Shown here: in pieces, positions 16,200-28,145 of the stretch | Layout: each line of letters begins with the position of its first letter | How positions within the stretch are numbered: position 1 is the first letter of the stretch | Source of the DNA: Candidatus Moranella endobia PCIT | GTDB lineage: Bacteria > Pseudomonadota > Gammaproteobacteria > Enterobacterales > Enterobacteriaceae | Assembly: GCF_000219175.1 (NCBI RefSeq) | Contig: NC_015735.1 | Location: 210,001 to 242,000, forward strand | Direction: 5' to 3' | DNA: 32,000 nucleotides | Notes under the pieces: model-generated | The model's input: the letters and a program-made list of their open reading frames with translations, nothing else | Told to the model about the DNA's origin: nothing | Database searches by the model: none | Position numbers and translations under genes: made by a program

Positions 16200-18869
16200 A
16201 TGTCAACTAGTTTGTACAATGACGTGGATCCGATCGAAACACACGACTGGCTCCAGGCGATTGAATCAGTTATACGTACAGATGGTATTGAGCGCGCGCA
16301 ATTCTTGATTGATCAATTGTTGGACAAAGCCAACAAATGTGGTGTAAGAAGTATTGCGTGTGCTGCAAACGAACGCAATTACATTAACACCATTCCAGTC
16401 GAAGATGAGCCGGAATATCCTGGCAATATAAAACTGGAGCGCCGCATCCGTTCAGCTATTCGCTGGAATGCCATTATGATCGTGCTACGCGCATCGAAAA
16501 AAAATTTAGACTTGGGTGGCCATATGGCATCATTTCAGTCGGCTGCTACTATTTATGAAGTTTGCTTCAACCACTTGTTCCGCGCACGGAACAACAAAGA
16601 CGGCGGCGACCTGGTATATTTCCAGGGTCATATTTCCCCAGGAGTTTATGCACGTGCCTTCCTTGAAGGTCGTATAACCGAAGTGCAGATGAACAACTTT
16701 CGCCAAGAAGTACATGGCAAAGGTCTATCTTCTTATCCGCATCCGAAGCTAATGCCTAATTTCTGGCAATTTCCGACAGTGTCAATGGGGCTTGGACCCA
16801 TTAGCGCCATTTATCAGGCGAAATTCCTGAAATATCTGGACCATCGCTTGCTAAAAGATACTAGTAATCAGACCGTTTACGCCTTTCTAGGAGACGGTGA
16901 GATGGATGAGCCGGAATCAACAGGGGCGATCACTATAGCAACGCGCGAAAAACTGGACAATCTAGTGTTTATTATCAACTGTAATTTGCAGCGTTTGGAC
17001 GGTCCAGTTACCGGTAATGGCAAAATTATCAACGAGTTGGCAGGGGTATTCGGTGGCGCAGGTTGGGAAGTGATTAAAGTGGTCTGGGGTAGCCGATGGG
17101 ATGAGCTATTGCGCAAAGATACCTCCGGTAAGCTGATGCAGCTGATGAACGAAACTGTTGATGGTGACTATCAGACCTTTAAATCTAAAAACGGTGCTTA
17201 CGTTCGCAAACATTTCTTTGGGAAATATCCTGAAACCGCAGCGCTCGTGAAAGACATGCGAGACGATGAGATTTGGGCGCTTAATCGCGGCGGCCACGAT
17301 CCAAAAAAAATTTATGCTGCCTTGCAAAAGGCTCAGAAAATTACGGGCAAGCCCGTAGTTATTCTTGCCCATACAATTAAAGGTTATGGTATGGGATTAA
17401 CCGCAGAAGGCATGAACATCGCGCATCAGGTAAAAAAAATCAATATAGAAGGATTACGTTATTTTCGCGATCGTTTTAATCTTAGCTTCATCACCGATGA
17501 AAAGATCGAATCACTGCCTTATATTACCTTTGATGCAGGTTCAGAAGAGCATACTTACCTACACAAGCAGCGCCAGGTGCTGCACGGCTATCTGCCAAGT
17601 CGCCTGAGTGAATTCACCAATCAGCTGGAGCTTCCGAAGCTGGAGGATTTCGCTCCGCTACTAGAAGAACAGAACAAAGAGATTTCCACTACTATTGCTT
17701 TTGTACGCGTTTTGAGCACCATGCTTAAGCAAAAGTCGATTAAGGATCGTTTGGTGCCAATTGTCGCCGATGAAGCCCGTACCTTCGGGATGGAAGGGTT
17801 GTTTCGCCAGATAGGCATATATAGTCCGAATGGCCAACAGTACACACCGCAGGACCGCGAGCAGGTAGCTTACTATCGCGAAGACGCCAAGGGGCAAATA
17901 CTGCAAGAAGGGATCAACGAACTGGGCGCAGCCGCTTCTTGGTTGGCAGCAGCTACCTCTTATAGTACCAATAATTTAGTGATGATTCCATTCTATATCT
18001 ATTACTCAATATTCGGTTTCCAACGGATCGGTGATCTATGCTGGGCAGCTGGCGACCAGCAAGCGCGCGGCTTCTTAATCGGAGGAACATCAGGGCGTAC
18101 TACCCTGAATGGTGAAGGTTTGCAGCATGAAGACGGTCACAGCCATATTCAATCTCTTACAATACCGAACTGCATTTCTTATGATCCAGCCTATGCCTAT
18201 GAAGTTGCGGTTATCATACAAGATGGTTTGAATCGTATGTACGGTGATAAACCGGAAAACATATACTACTATATTACCACAATGAACGAAAACTATACCA
18301 TGCCAGCTATGCCTAAGGGTGCTGCAGATGGTATTCGTAAAGGGATCTACAAGTTAGAAACGCTGGTCGGCAGCAAAGGAAAAGTGCAGCTGATGGGCTC
18401 AGGCGCTATTTTACGCCACGTGCGCAAAGCTGCGCAAATTCTGTCGAAAGAGTATGATATAAGTTCAGATATTTATAGTGTGACCTCTTTCACAGAACTA
18501 GCGCGAGATGGACAGGATTGTGAGCGTTGGAACATGCTGAATCCAACTAAAACACCACGCATACCATATGTAGCAACTGTACTAAATAACGCACCAGCAG
18601 TAGCATCCACAGACTATATGAAATTGTTTGCCGAGCAAATACGCAACTTTATCCCTGCTAAAGAGTTCCGTACTCTTGGCACTGACGGTTTCGGCCGTTC
18701 AGACAGTCGCGATAACCTACGTCATCACTTTGAAGTGGACGCTAGTTATGTAGTAGTCGCCGCGTTGGGTGAATTAGCAAAAAGAGGCGATATTAGCGAT
18801 GATATAGTTGCACAGGCCATCAATAAATTCAAGATCTATGCTAATAAAGTCAACCCTAGGCTGGCATAA
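16200..18869 (+). CDS. aceE: pyruvate dehydrogenase E1 component
   Basis: The 889-aa ORF is colinear with the 887-aa E. coli AceE. It has the ThDP-binding GDGEMDEPES...NCNLQRLDGPV region, plus HQ(V)KK, GRTTLNGEGLQHEDGHSH and FGRSD. An AAGGA Shine-Dalgarno lies upstream. Confidence 0.98.
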   Translation: MSTSLYNDVDPIETHDWLQAIESVIRTDGIERAQFLIDQLLDKANKCGVRSIACAANERNYINTIPVEDEPEYPGNIKLERRIRSAIRWNAIMIVLRASKKNLDLGGHMASFQSAATIYEVCFNHLFRARNNKDGGDLVYFQGHISPGVYARAFLEGRITEVQMNNFRQEVHGKGLSSYPHPKLMPNFWQFPTVSMGLGPISAIYQAKFLKYLDHRLLKDTSNQTVYAFLGDGEMDEPESTGAITIATREKLDNLVFIINCNLQRLDGPVTGNGKIINELAGVFGGAGWEVIKVVWGSRWDELLRKDTSGKLMQLMNETVDGDYQTFKSKNGAYVRKHFFGKYPETAALVKDMRDDEIWALNRGGHDPKKIYAALQKAQKITGKPVVILAHTIKGYGMGLTAEGMNIAHQVKKINIEGLRYFRDRFNLSFITDEKIESLPYITFDAGSEEHTYLHKQRQVLHGYLPSRLSEFTNQLELPKLEDFAPLLEEQNKEISTTIAFVRVLSTMLKQKSIKDRLVPIVADEARTFGMEGLFRQIGIYSPNGQQYTPQDREQVAYYREDAKGQILQEGINELGAAASWLAAATSYSTNNLVMIPFYIYYSIFGFQRIGDLCWAAGDQQARGFLIGGTSGRTTLNGEGLQHEDGHSHIQSLTIPNCISYDPAYAYEVAVIIQDGLNRMYGDKPENIYYYITTMNENYTMPAMPKGAADGIRKGIYKLETLVGSKGKVQLMGSGAILRHVRKAAQILSKEYDISSDIYSVTSFTELARDGQDCERWNMLNPTKTPRIPYVATVLNNAPAVASTDYMKLFAEQIRNFIPAKEFRTLGTDGFGRSDSRDNLRHHFEVDASYVVVAALGELAKRGDISDDIVAQAINKFKIYANKVNPRLA

Positions 18870-18884
18870 GAGGTAGAGTAAATA

Positions 18885-20159
18885 ATGACGATTGAAATAA
18901 ATGTACCGGATATAGGTGTAGATGAAGTTGAAGTAACAGAAGTTATGGTCAGCGTAGGCGATATAGTTGAAGCTGAGCAGCCACTACTGACCGTGGAAGG
19001 TGACAAGGCGGCAATGGAAGTACCGGCGCCATTCGCAGGGACCGTCAAAGAGATAAAAATTAACGTCGGTGACAAAGTAAGTACTGGATCGCAGATTATG
19101 GTATTCGATGTGGAAGATACTCAACCTACCGTAACCAACCAGATGCCGGTAAATACCAACAATAGCACTGTTACTACACCTGCACCATCGCTAACCTCAT
19201 GTACCAACAGAGGCGAATTATTGGAGAACGCAGCCTACGTGCATGCGACTCCAGTGATTCGGCGACTAGCACGCGAATACGGTATCAACCTAGAGAAGAT
19301 AAAAGGCAGCGGGCGTAAAGGCCGCATTCTTCGCGAAGATATCCACGCGTATATCAAAAAAGCGGTAAAACACGACGACGAAGAGGCGGCCGGAGACAGC
19401 AGATTACCACTAGGTATTATGCTACGGCCATGGCCAACATTGGACTTTAGACAGTTCGGTGATACCGAAGAGATTGAGATGGAACGAATCCAGAGAATCT
19501 CTAGTGCAAACTTACAACGTAACTGGGTAATTATTCCCCATGTGACACAGTTCGACGAAGCCGATATTACCGAGGTAGAAGCCTTCCGCAAACAACATAA
19601 TATCGAATTGGAAAAAAAACAGACGAATGTTAAAATGACTCTACTAGTGTTCATTATAAAGGCAATCGCTAATACTCTGGAAGAGTTACCTCGTTTTAAC
19701 AGCTCACTAGCTGAAGAAACTCATAAACTGATACTAAAAAAATATGTAAATATCGGGGTAGCAGTAGATACCATGAATGGCCTGGTGGTGCCAGTCTTAC
19801 GAGATGTGAATAAAAAAGGCATGGTAGCACTTTCAAGCGAGTTGACGGTCATATCGAACAAGGCTAGGGCCGGCAAGCTGACTGCATCTGATATGCAGGG
19901 CGGTTGTTTCACTATTTCTAGCCTAGGCGGTATCGGTGGTAAGTTTTTCACGCCAATTGTCAATGCGCCAGAAGTAGCAATACTCGGTGTTTCTAAGGCT
20001 GCGATGAAGCCAGTGTGGAACGGTAACGAGTTCGTGCCCAGGTTGATGTTGCCGTTGGCGCTATCCTATGACCACCGGGTGATTGATGGTGCTGATGGCG
20101 CACGCTTTATCAGTTTTCTCAATCACTTACTGTCCGATATCCGTCGATTATTAATGTAA
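18885..20159 (+). CDS. aceF: dihydrolipoyllysine-residue acetyltransferase (PDH E2), single-lipoyl-domain form
   Basis: The ORF is 424 aa. It has one lipoyl domain ([21 protein letters not shown]), a Pro/Thr-rich linker and an E3-binding domain ([33 protein letters not shown]). The catalytic domain ends in [10 protein letters not shown]. Confidence 0.95.
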   Translation: MTIEINVPDIGVDEVEVTEVMVSVGDIVEAEQPLLTVEGDKAAMEVPAPFAGTVKEIKINVGDKVSTGSQIMVFDVEDTQPTVTNQMPVNTNNSTVTTPAPSLTSCTNRGELLENAAYVHATPVIRRLAREYGINLEKIKGSGRKGRILREDIHAYIKKAVKHDDEEAAGDSRLPLGIMLRPWPTLDFRQFGDTEEIEMERIQRISSANLQRNWVIIPHVTQFDEADITEVEAFRKQHNIELEKKQTNVKMTLLVFIIKAIANTLEELPRFNSSLAEETHKLILKKYVNIGVAVDTMNGLVVPVLRDVNKKGMVALSSELTVISNKARAGKLTASDMQGGCFTISSLGGIGGKFFTPIVNAPEVAILGVSKAAMKPVWNGNEFVPRLMLPLALSYDHRVIDGADGARFISFLNHLLSDIRRLLM

Positions 20160-20248
20160 CATAACCAATTATGTAAAATTAACTATGAGCCATGGGTATG
20201 GCAAAAATTTAAACTAAGAAGAAAAACATTAGAGGAAATTCAGAGGGA

Positions 20249-21688
20249 ATGATGATTAATAAATTAAAAACTCAGGTCGTAGTACTTGGGGCAGGCCCTG
20301 GTGGATATTCCGCGGCATTCCGCTGTAAAGATTTAGGACTAGATACCGTCTTGGTGGAACGTTATCCTACCCTGGGTGGAGTTTGTTTGAATGTTGGTTG
20401 TATTCCTTCCAAAGCATTATTGCACGTCGCTAGAGTGCTTGAAGAAGCAAAGGCAATCAGTAAAAACGGTGTCGTTTTTGGTGAACCAAAAACTGATCTC
20501 GATAAAGTTCGTACCTGGAAAGAAACATTGGTCAAGCAGCTGAGTGTCAATATTAGCAGCATGGCAAAATTGCGCAAGGTCAATATAATACACGGTTATG
20601 GTAAATTCATTGGCACTAATCATTTGCAAATAGAAGGTAATAATGATACAACAGTAGTCAACTTCGACCAAGCGATCATTGCTGCTGGCTCCCGACCTAT
20701 ACAATTACCATTTATATCCCATGAAGATTCCCGCATATGGGACTCTACTGATGCGCTTGCTCTAAAATCAGTACCAAAGCGCTTGCTCGTGATTGGTGGA
20801 GGGATCATTGGTTTAGAAATGGCAACAATTTATAACGCGCTAGGCTCAAAAATAGATGTTGTAGAAATATTCAATCAGGTTATCCCACCGGCAGATAAAG
20901 ATGTGGTGCAAATTTTTACTAAGCAAATTAGTTCCAATTTTAATTTAATGCTTGAAACCAAAGTAACCACAGTAGAAACCAAAGCAGACGGAGTTTATGT
21001 CAGCATGGAAGGGAAAAATATGGCAGCAGCAACCAAGATCTATGACGCTGTGTTGGTGGCTATCGGCCGTGTGCCGAACGGCACACGGCTCGATGTTGGC
21101 AAGGCTGGGGTGGAAGTAGATGATCGTGGTTTTATCAATGTTGATAAACAAATGCGTACTAATGTGCCAAATATCTACGCTATTGGCGATATCGTCGGCC
21201 CGCCCATGTTGGCACACAAAGGCATCCATGAAGGCCACTTAGCGGCAGCAGTAATTGCTGGCAAGAAACACCATTTTGAACCAAAAGTTATTCCGTCTAT
21301 CTCCTATACCAATCCGGAAGTTGCATGGATAGGCTTAACGGAAAAAGAAGCGAAAAAAACAGGAATTCGCTATGCAGTCGCCACTTTTCCGTGGGCTGCC
21401 TCCGGCAGAGCAATTGCTTCCGCTTGCCAGGCAGGTATAACAAAGCTAATTGTTGATACTGACAGTAATCGGGTGATTGGCGGCGCGGTAGTAGGAGCTA
21501 ACGGTGGCGAGCTACTGGGAGAAATAGGCCTAGCCATTGAAATGGGCTGTGATGTAGAAGATATAGCGTTGACCATCCATGCACACCCTACTCTGTATGA
21601 ATCCATTGGTCTAGCAGCAGAAGTTTACGAAGGAACCATTACCGACCTTCCTAACAACAAATTAAAGAACAATAGCAATTTACTTTAG
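20249..21688 (+). CDS. lpdA: dihydrolipoyl dehydrogenase (E3)
   Basis: The 479-aa ORF has the FAD-binding VVVLGAGPGGYSAAF motif and the redox disulfide GGVCLNVGCIPSKALL. It also has the NAD-binding GGGIIGLEMAT motif and the C-terminal HAHPTLYES. It is colinear with E. coli Lpd. The start may be at 20249 or 20252. Confidence 0.97.
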   Translation: MMINKLKTQVVVLGAGPGGYSAAFRCKDLGLDTVLVERYPTLGGVCLNVGCIPSKALLHVARVLEEAKAISKNGVVFGEPKTDLDKVRTWKETLVKQLSVNISSMAKLRKVNIIHGYGKFIGTNHLQIEGNNDTTVVNFDQAIIAAGSRPIQLPFISHEDSRIWDSTDALALKSVPKRLLVIGGGIIGLEMATIYNALGSKIDVVEIFNQVIPPADKDVVQIFTKQISSNFNLMLETKVTTVETKADGVYVSMEGKNMAAATKIYDAVLVAIGRVPNGTRLDVGKAGVEVDDRGFINVDKQMRTNVPNIYAIGDIVGPPMLAHKGIHEGHLAAAVIAGKKHHFEPKVIPSISYTNPEVAWIGLTEKEAKKTGIRYAVATFPWAASGRAIASACQAGITKLIVDTDSNRVIGGAVVGANGGELLGEIGLAIEMGCDVEDIALTIHAHPTLYESIGLAAEVYEGTITDLPNNKLKNNSNLL

Positions 21689-21749
21689 TTCTGTTGAAGT
21701 AGAACAACAGGTAGATATCAACATCATAAACTTTTTTGAAAATAGAAGC

Positions 21750-22007
21750 TCACAGAGAAAAATGTTTTTCCTTACGCAAAATATAACGATATGGTAATTG
21801 TTTTGTGGCTTGTGATAGCAAAGTATGCTCCATAAAACGACAGAAAATAGGAATATCGCGTATGGTGGCTGGATCATCGGCGATAATAAGTAAGGTCTGT
21901 CCGCAATCTATACCGCGCACTGTTTTGCGAACCATCATGACTGGTTCTGGACAGCGCAGGCCGCAAACATCCAATGTTAGATCAGTGTCGGTAAAAGAGT
22001 AAAGCAT
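21750..22007 (-). CDS. tusA: sulfurtransferase TusA (SirA/YhhP)
   Basis: The tracked ORF (to 22118) overlaps the cysG 3' end. Homology to the 81-aa E. coli TusA starts at ATG 22007. The protein reads [64 protein letters not shown]...LPYRYILRK and includes the CPEP active-site Cys. Confidence 0.9.
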   Translation of the reverse strand: MLYSFTDTDLTLDVCGLRCPEPVMMVRKTVRGIDCGQTLLIIADDPATIRDIPIFCRFMEHTLLSQATKQLPYRYILRKEKHFSL

Positions 22008-22051
22008 AAATAACGTCCATAAAAATAACTTAGTTAAATCTTGTATATCGT

Positions 22052-23509
22052 TTAATCTTTCATCTCCACTACAGAAGACGTACGTTTGTAAGATGTCAGG
22101 TTTTGCTGACCAAACCAATTAATTTCATGATGAAGAGAAACGACTTCGCCTATCACTAGCAAGGCGGGGGTTAATGCCCCCTGTGCCAGGGACTCTAGTT
22201 CTGCTAGAGTACCGATATGTACGCATTGGTCACTTTGGGTTCCGCGACTTATTACTGCCACAGGAGTTTGTGCCGATCTGCCATGGTAAATTAGTTTACT
22301 ACTTATTTCAGCTGCGTTGAATACTCCCATGTATATTGCAAGCGTCTGGCTAACTCGTGCTAGCGCCTGCCAATCCAAGTCCGCTGCGCCGTCTTGCATA
22401 TGCCCAGTAATCAAGGTAAGGCTTTGAGCATATTCACGGTGGGTTAGCGGAATACCGGCATAGGCGGTTGCACCAGAGGCAGCAGTGATGCCAGGTACGA
22501 CCTGAAATGGTATACCCAATGCAGCCACCGCTTGCATTTCTTCGCCACCGCGACCGAAAATTAATGGATCGCCTCCTTTGAGCCGTACGACCTTTTTGCT
22601 TTGTTGCGCTAGAGTAACTATGAGCAGGTTGATCTCCTGTTGCGACATCGATATCGACTGTGAGCCGGCGCGCTTTCCTACGCAGATCTGGTCTGCCTCA
22701 CGACGCACCATGTCAAGTATTTCCTGGCTGACTAGATAGTCATAAAGCACAACATCAGCTTGTTGTAATAATTGTAGTCCGCGTAGTGTTAATAGTCCAC
22801 TATCACCGGGACCAGCACCGACTAGTGCTACCTCGCCTACATTTTCTGGATTAGCAGATAGGGACAGCTCTAGCTCTTGTTCTGCTTGTTCCAGCCGTCC
22901 CCGTGATATCAGATTAGCAAAGCGACCATTGAGCACTTTTTCCCAGAATCTTCGGCGTCCGGCCATGCTGCGAATATGCTGCTTTACTCTACCTCGCCAT
23001 GTACCTGCCATAGCCGCCATTGGACCAAGAAAATTCGGTAGCATAGATTCAAGCTTCTCACGCAGAACGCGCGCTAATACCGGTGCCATACCACCAGTGG
23101 AAATAGCTACCACGATTGGGGTACGATCAATAATAGCAGGAAAAATGCATGAGCAGTGCTGCTTGGTGTCTACCACGTTGATCAACAGATGACGTTGTTC
23201 TGCGCACTTTGCAACTATGGAGTTTAGCTTTTTATTACCGGTGGCGGCAATAACTAGAAAAACATCATCCAGCATTGCTGGTTCAAAAGATTCTCCTATC
23301 CAGGATAGTCCGCCGGCATGGTAAATGTTTGTAAGCATTGGACATAGTCCTTGAGCAGAAACACGAATTTGGGCGCCAGCACGCATTAATAGTTGAATTT
23401 TACGTGCAGCAACATCGCCACCGCCAACTACTAATACCGGACGTTGCCTAAAATCAGCAAATATTGGTAAATATTTCACAGCAATCTTTCTAATATTGTT
23501 GATTAACAC
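22052..23509 (-). CDS. cysG: siroheme synthase (uroporphyrinogen-III C-methyltransferase / precorrin-2 dehydrogenase / sirohydrochlorin ferrochelatase)
   Basis: It is colinear with the 457-aa E. coli CysG. Matching segments include [75 protein letters not shown] and [19 protein letters not shown]. There is no ATG start: GTG at 23509 or, aligning better with E. coli, GTG at 23479. It has about 25 extra C-terminal residues relative to E. coli. Confidence 0.93.
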   Translation of the reverse strand: MLINNIRKIAVKYLPIFADFRQRPVLVVGGGDVAARKIQLLMRAGAQIRVSAQGLCPMLTNIYHAGGLSWIGESFEPAMLDDVFLVIAATGNKKLNSIVAKCAEQRHLLINVVDTKQHCSCIFPAIIDRTPIVVAISTGGMAPVLARVLREKLESMLPNFLGPMAAMAGTWRGRVKQHIRSMAGRRRFWEKVLNGRFANLISRGRLEQAEQELELSLSANPENVGEVALVGAGPGDSGLLTLRGLQLLQQADVVLYDYLVSQEILDMVRREADQICVGKRAGSQSISMSQQEINLLIVTLAQQSKKVVRLKGGDPLIFGRGGEEMQAVAALGIPFQVVPGITAASGATAYAGIPLTHREYAQSLTLITGHMQDGAADLDWQALARVSQTLAIYMGVFNAAEISSKLIYHGRSAQTPVAVISRGTQSDQCVHIGTLAELESLAQGALTPALLVIGEVVSLHHEINWFGQQNLTSYKRTSSVVEMKD

Positions 23510-23668
23510 ATTTGGTCATTTTGCCTTGCTTAGCCGCTTAGCCAGTTCTGGGAGGGGGAACCAAGTAATGGCTTAAACGACCGCAATAACAACCTGAATT
23601 TAATTACAGCCGCTCATAAATTGCGTGCGAGCCTAAAATAAGTATAGTATGCAGCGGTATTATCAATT

Positions 23669-24403
23669 TTAACTTTCATGCAAGCCACATTCGCGTTTTA
23701 GCCCAAAGAAGCGCGTTTCTTCCTCATTCATACCTGACTCAAACTTACGTGTAGTTTGTATATCACCTACTGATACATATCCCCTTTCCCACAGTGGGTG
23801 ATAGCTTAGGCTATTACTGGTAATATATTGATACACTTGTTGATTATCCCAGTCAATAATCGGCAAAAGTTTGAACACCCCACGCTGAATCGTTAACACT
23901 GGTAATTGAGAGCGGCTGTAGGACTGCTCGCGCCGCAAACCGGCAAACCAAGTCTTTGCACCAAGAGTAGCTAACGCGCGGTTCAGCGGTTCTACCTTGT
24001 TGATTTGGTTATAGCGCTCAATACCCTCGATACCCTGTTCCCACAGTTTGCCATAGCGCGCCTCTTGCCAAGCTGGCGAAATACTAGCGCTAAAAATTTT
24101 CAAGTTGAGCCCCAGCTCCTCAGTTAGCTCATCTATAAAATGGTAGGTTTCCGAGAATAGATAACCAGTGTCAGTGAGAATAACCGGAATATCAGGAAAC
24201 TGGCGAGTTACCATATGCAGACTAACAGCAGCCTGAATACCAAAGCTAGATGAAAGCACAATTTGCTTAGGTAGCTTTTCTAGCGCCCAAGCAACCCGTT
24301 TCTCCGCGGTTTTGCATTCTAACTGCTTATTAATAGTAGACAAAGCGGCAGTTTGTTGCGCTTTATCAAGCGCAGTTAATTCGCCAAGATCCAAATCGCT
24401 CAT
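23669..24403 (-). CDS. cysH: phosphoadenosine phosphosulfate (PAPS) reductase
   Basis: The ORF is 244 aa, the same length as E. coli CysH. Matching segments include [40 protein letters not shown] and the C-terminal [15 protein letters not shown] redox motif. Confidence 0.96.
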   Translation of the reverse strand: MSDLDLGELTALDKAQQTAALSTINKQLECKTAEKRVAWALEKLPKQIVLSSSFGIQAAVSLHMVTRQFPDIPVILTDTGYLFSETYHFIDELTEELGLNLKIFSASISPAWQEARYGKLWEQGIEGIERYNQINKVEPLNRALATLGAKTWFAGLRREQSYSRSQLPVLTIQRGVFKLLPIIDWDNQQVYQYITSNSLSYHPLWERGYVSVGDIQTTRKFESGMNEEETRFFGLKRECGLHES

Positions 24404-24417
24404 GCTGTCCTCTCTGG

Positions 24418-26124
24418 TTAATCGTAAAAATCGCGTGCCGAATCTACTACTGGACGTACTATTCCAGCTCGGACTACATAATCGCCGTAGGATTCCTGCG
24501 GATTGCGCTCACGCGCCCAGCGGCCTATGGTGTCATCAATAATATTCAGTATATCGTTTTCGGTAATATTTTCTCGATACATGCGCGGAATACGGGTACC
24601 GGCACTATCACCACCTAAATACAAGTTATAACGACCGATAGCCTTACCAACCAGCCCAATTTCCGCGAGCAGCGCGCGCCCACAGCCGTTCGGGCAGCCG
24701 GTAACACGCAGTATAATCTCTTCTTCTGCTGACAGCCCGTGACCAGACATAATGTTTTCCACTTTACTAACAAACTGAGGCAGAAATCGTTCCGCCTCAG
24801 CCATGGCAAGCGGACATGTAGGAAAAGCTACGCAGGCCATGGATGCCTTACGCTGCGCGGTGACACCATCATTAATCAGCCCGTGCCGCCGAGCTAGTGC
24901 TTCAATAACTGCTTTATCCGTATTATCGACCCCTGCGACAATCAGGTTTTGGTTAGCGGTCAGACGGAAATCACCTTGATGGATACGGGCTATTTCTGCC
25001 AAACCAGTTTTTAGTGTTCGGTTTGGATAATCAAGGATGCGGCCATTTTCAATAAATAGCGTTAAGTGCCATTTATGATCGATCCCCTTAACCCAGCCGA
25101 AGCGATCACCACGTTCAGTAAAGGAATAAGGACGCACAGGAGCAAATATTACGCCTGTGCGCATTTCTACCTCTTTCCGAAAAGCGTCGACACCTTTCTG
25201 CTCAAGGGTATATTTTGTCTTTGCATTTATTCTATTATAACGATCGCCCCAGTCACGCTGTGTTGTAACCACCATTTCAGCGATTTTAAGTGTATCTTTC
25301 AGGTCAACAAAGCCGAATTCACTGGCTTTACGCGGATAAGTACTCTTATCACCGTGAGTCATTGCAAGACCACCACCCACCAGTACGTTGAAGCCCACTA
25401 GTTGACCATTATCGCTAATAGCAACAAAATTAAGATCATTAGCATGCAGATCCACATCATTTAATGGTGGAACAACTAACGTGGTTTTGAATTTACGCGG
25501 CAAATATGTAGGACCAAGGATTGGTTCATGATCTGTAGTTTCGGTTTTTTCGCCATCTAGCCAAATTTCAGCATATGCTCTGGTTTTCGGTAGCAGATGT
25601 TCAGATATTTTTTTAGCCCATTCCCAGGCTTGTTGATGCAGCACCGACTCAATGGGATTAGATGTGCACATGACGTTACGGTTTACGTCGCCTGCGGTAG
25701 CAATAGAGTCTAGTCCCAAGCGGTGCAGTAATTGATGCATGCCTTTCAGCTTTGACTTAAGCACACCGTGGAACTGGAAAGTTTGCCTGGTAGTCAAACG
25801 GATACTACCGTATAAAGTTTCTTCAGCAGCAAATGCATCAATGCCTAACCATTGTTGCGGCTTGATCACTCCACCAGGAAGACGACAACGCAGCATCATG
25901 CTGATCAACGGCTCTAGTTTTGCTTCTGCACGCTCAGCGCGCAGGTCACGATCATCTTGCTGGTACATGCCATGAAAGCGGATTAGCTGAAAATTATCAC
26001 CATTGAAGCCACCAGTTATACCATCCTGCAGATCCTGCACGATGGTGCCACGCAAAAAATTGCTTTCGCTTTTTAAGCGTTCGTTGTCGGAGCATTTGAA
26101 TTTCAGTTGTTGTTCACTCATCAA
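24418..26124 (-). CDS. cysI: sulfite reductase (NADPH) hemoprotein beta-component
   Basis: The 568-aa ORF is colinear with E. coli CysI. Matching segments include [24 protein letters not shown] and [10 protein letters not shown]. The siroheme/4Fe-4S Cys cluster is present ([19 protein letters not shown]...[11 protein letters not shown]). Confidence 0.97.
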   Translation of the reverse strand: MMSEQQLKFKCSDNERLKSESNFLRGTIVQDLQDGITGGFNGDNFQLIRFHGMYQQDDRDLRAERAEAKLEPLISMMLRCRLPGGVIKPQQWLGIDAFAAEETLYGSIRLTTRQTFQFHGVLKSKLKGMHQLLHRLGLDSIATAGDVNRNVMCTSNPIESVLHQQAWEWAKKISEHLLPKTRAYAEIWLDGEKTETTDHEPILGPTYLPRKFKTTLVVPPLNDVDLHANDLNFVAISDNGQLVGFNVLVGGGLAMTHGDKSTYPRKASEFGFVDLKDTLKIAEMVVTTQRDWGDRYNRINAKTKYTLEQKGVDAFRKEVEMRTGVIFAPVRPYSFTERGDRFGWVKGIDHKWHLTLFIENGRILDYPNRTLKTGLAEIARIHQGDFRLTANQNLIVAGVDNTDKAVIEALARRHGLINDGVTAQRKASMACVAFPTCPLAMAEAERFLPQFVSKVENIMSGHGLSAEEEIILRVTGCPNGCGRALLAEIGLVGKAIGRYNLYLGGDSAGTRIPRMYRENITENDILNIIDDTIGRWARERNPQESYGDYVVRAGIVRPVVDSARDFYD

Positions 26125-27950
26125 TATACATCCCGCTGATAACGGCGCTCAAGGCGCAGCTCACTTAAAAATTCATCCGCCTGATCGAGGTTCATACCCC
26201 CATGCTTAGCGACTACCGTAACGAGCGCTTGCTCGACATCACGGGCCATGTAATTGGCCTCGCCACAAACATAAATATGAGCACCATGCGTGATCCAACG
26301 CCATAATTCAGCACCATTCTCGCGTACTTTATCCTGTACGTAAATTTTACCTGCTTGATCCCGTGACCAAGCTAGATCTATTTTTGTTAGAATACCTTCT
26401 TTCGCATAGCGCTGCCATTCAACCTGATACAGAAAGTCATCGGTAAAATGGGGATTTCCGAAAAACAGCCAGTTTTCTCCAGAGGCACCATCTGCCTTGC
26501 GTTGTTGCAAAAACGAGCGGAACGGCGCAATGCCGGTGCCAGGCCCAATCATAATTACCGGCGTATTAGGATTTTCAGGCAGACAAAAGTTATCGTTATG
26601 CTCAATAAACACCCGCAATACACCGCCTTCTGGCAGTCTATCTGCTAAATAACCGCTGGCACCACCAGTACGTAGCCTACTCTCGATTTCAAATCGTACC
26701 ACGCCAACAGTAATATGTATTTCTGCACCTACTTCTGCCTGTGACGATGCAATAGAATATAGGCGTGGCGTAAGCGGGCGCAGCAGTCCTAAAAGCTGAT
26801 CTGAGCAGATGTCAATAGGCACATGTCGTACCATATCGACAATTGGTGTAGTTTGCGCAAACTGTTGCAATTTAGCTTTATCTGCAACTATAGCCAACAG
26901 CGCTTTATCCTGCGCTAAATAGGCATAATGTTCTACTATAGCTGGGGTGTTTTGCGTCAGCTCATAATATTTTTGTAGTGCCTCGCTGAGAGACAGCGTC
27001 TGCCCCGAAACTTTGACTTGTTCGTCGTTTTTTAGACACAGTAGCGCTAGCAATTCGCAAATCAGAGCTGGATCATTTTCGTACCATACTCCAAGCGCAT
27101 CGCCCGGCTTATAATGTAGTGCGGAATCTCCGAGATCAATTTCAAGATGGCGCACATCTTTTAGCGACTGCCGGCTAGTTATTTTCTGACGCACCAATAG
27201 ATACGCGCTTAGCGGTGTTTCTTTGGTGTAAGGATTGAAATTTAACTTATTGTTATGGTCATGGTCACTAAACGTCTTTTGTTGCTCTGGGCTAGCGATT
27301 ACTGCAATTAACTTCAACCGATCTACCATCGCTGTGCGCCAAGCCTCAGCTTGCACCTGGTAGTCAACATCAGCATCAACTCGATCATATAAACGCTGAG
27401 CTCCTAACTCCTCTAGTCGACGATCGAAATCTTTGCCAATTTTCGCAAAATGCTCATAGGAACTATCACCTAATCCGAACACAGCAAATTTGGTATCAGG
27501 CAACGCTGGTGCCTTTTTCGAAAAAAGATATTTATATAGCGCGACCGCCTCTTCTGGCGGATCCCCATCCCCATGAGTGGAGGTGACGACTATAAGCAAT
27601 TTCTCCTGGGCAATCTGTTTAAATTTATAATCGCCAGCGTTAATTAGAACGACATCAAGCTGAGCGGCGACTAAATGGTCACGCAATTGCTCCGCTAGAC
27701 GTCTTGCATTGCCGGTTTGCGAGGCGCTAAGCAAAGTAATAGGTACCGTCGCCGCAGCAACGGCGCCTACATGCGGCTGTGCCGGCGCTGCCAGCAACAA
27801 AGGTTGATCTTCTGCCGACACACGCCCCCAAAAATAACCGGCAAGACAAGCTAATTGCAGGGAGGAAAAATCCCTAGTAGCTTCCTGCAAGCGACTCAGC
27901 TGCTCAGAACTTAACGGCAAAGCTGTAGTAAAATGAACCTGTTTTGTCAT
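26121..27950 (-). CDS. cysJ: sulfite reductase (NADPH) flavoprotein alpha-component
   Basis: The 609-aa ORF has a flavodoxin-like FMN domain ([43 protein letters not shown]). It also has an FAD/NADPH domain ([34 protein letters not shown]-terminal YQRDVY). A 4-nt ATGA overlap links it to cysI. Confidence 0.97.
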   Translation of the reverse strand: MTKQVHFTTALPLSSEQLSRLQEATRDFSSLQLACLAGYFWGRVSAEDQPLLLAAPAQPHVGAVAAATVPITLLSASQTGNARRLAEQLRDHLVAAQLDVVLINAGDYKFKQIAQEKLLIVVTSTHGDGDPPEEAVALYKYLFSKKAPALPDTKFAVFGLGDSSYEHFAKIGKDFDRRLEELGAQRLYDRVDADVDYQVQAEAWRTAMVDRLKLIAVIASPEQQKTFSDHDHNNKLNFNPYTKETPLSAYLLVRQKITSRQSLKDVRHLEIDLGDSALHYKPGDALGVWYENDPALICELLALLCLKNDEQVKVSGQTLSLSEALQKYYELTQNTPAIVEHYAYLAQDKALLAIVADKAKLQQFAQTTPIVDMVRHVPIDICSDQLLGLLRPLTPRLYSIASSQAEVGAEIHITVGVVRFEIESRLRTGGASGYLADRLPEGGVLRVFIEHNDNFCLPENPNTPVIMIGPGTGIAPFRSFLQQRKADGASGENWLFFGNPHFTDDFLYQVEWQRYAKEGILTKIDLAWSRDQAGKIYVQDKVRENGAELWRWITHGAHIYVCGEANYMARDVEQALVTVVAKHGGMNLDQADEFLSELRLERRYQRDVY

Positions 27951-28145
27951 GGAAGTAGGCAGTTCCTTCTGTCATCAAGCCTGTAAACACCACCAGGTTA
28001 TATAAGCATACCTATTCTAGGCTACACAATAAAGAACAAGATATGAATCATAAATAACTATAACATCGATTGCGGATCACCGTACTACTAACTATCAAGA
28101 TATGGCATTTTTGCTACATAGCAGATCAGTAGTACGAACTTATAC

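Noticed and set aside
16530-21606. About a dozen 60-140-aa minus-strand ORFs inside aceE, aceF and lpdA.
   Set aside because: All are antisense to highly conserved PDH genes. They are long only because the sense strand is depleted in the complements of stop codons.
21688-21712. Alternative short hairpins (CTGTTG/CAACAG or GTTCT/AGAAC) between convergent lpdA and tusA.
   Set aside because: The stems are only 5-6 bp and no adjacent T tract is present. That is not enough to call a terminator.
21680-22118. ORFs at 21680-21877 (-) and 21805-22002 (+), and the 122-aa extended version of tusA.
   Set aside because: The TusA homology begins at ATG 22007. The extension overlaps the cysG 3' end, and the other two are alternative-frame or antisense shadows of tusA.
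23528-23543. A tandem duplication, GCTTAGCC GCTTAGCC, in the cysG upstream region.
   Set aside because: There are only two copies of an 8-mer. It is consistent with a slippage scar and gives no evidence of function.
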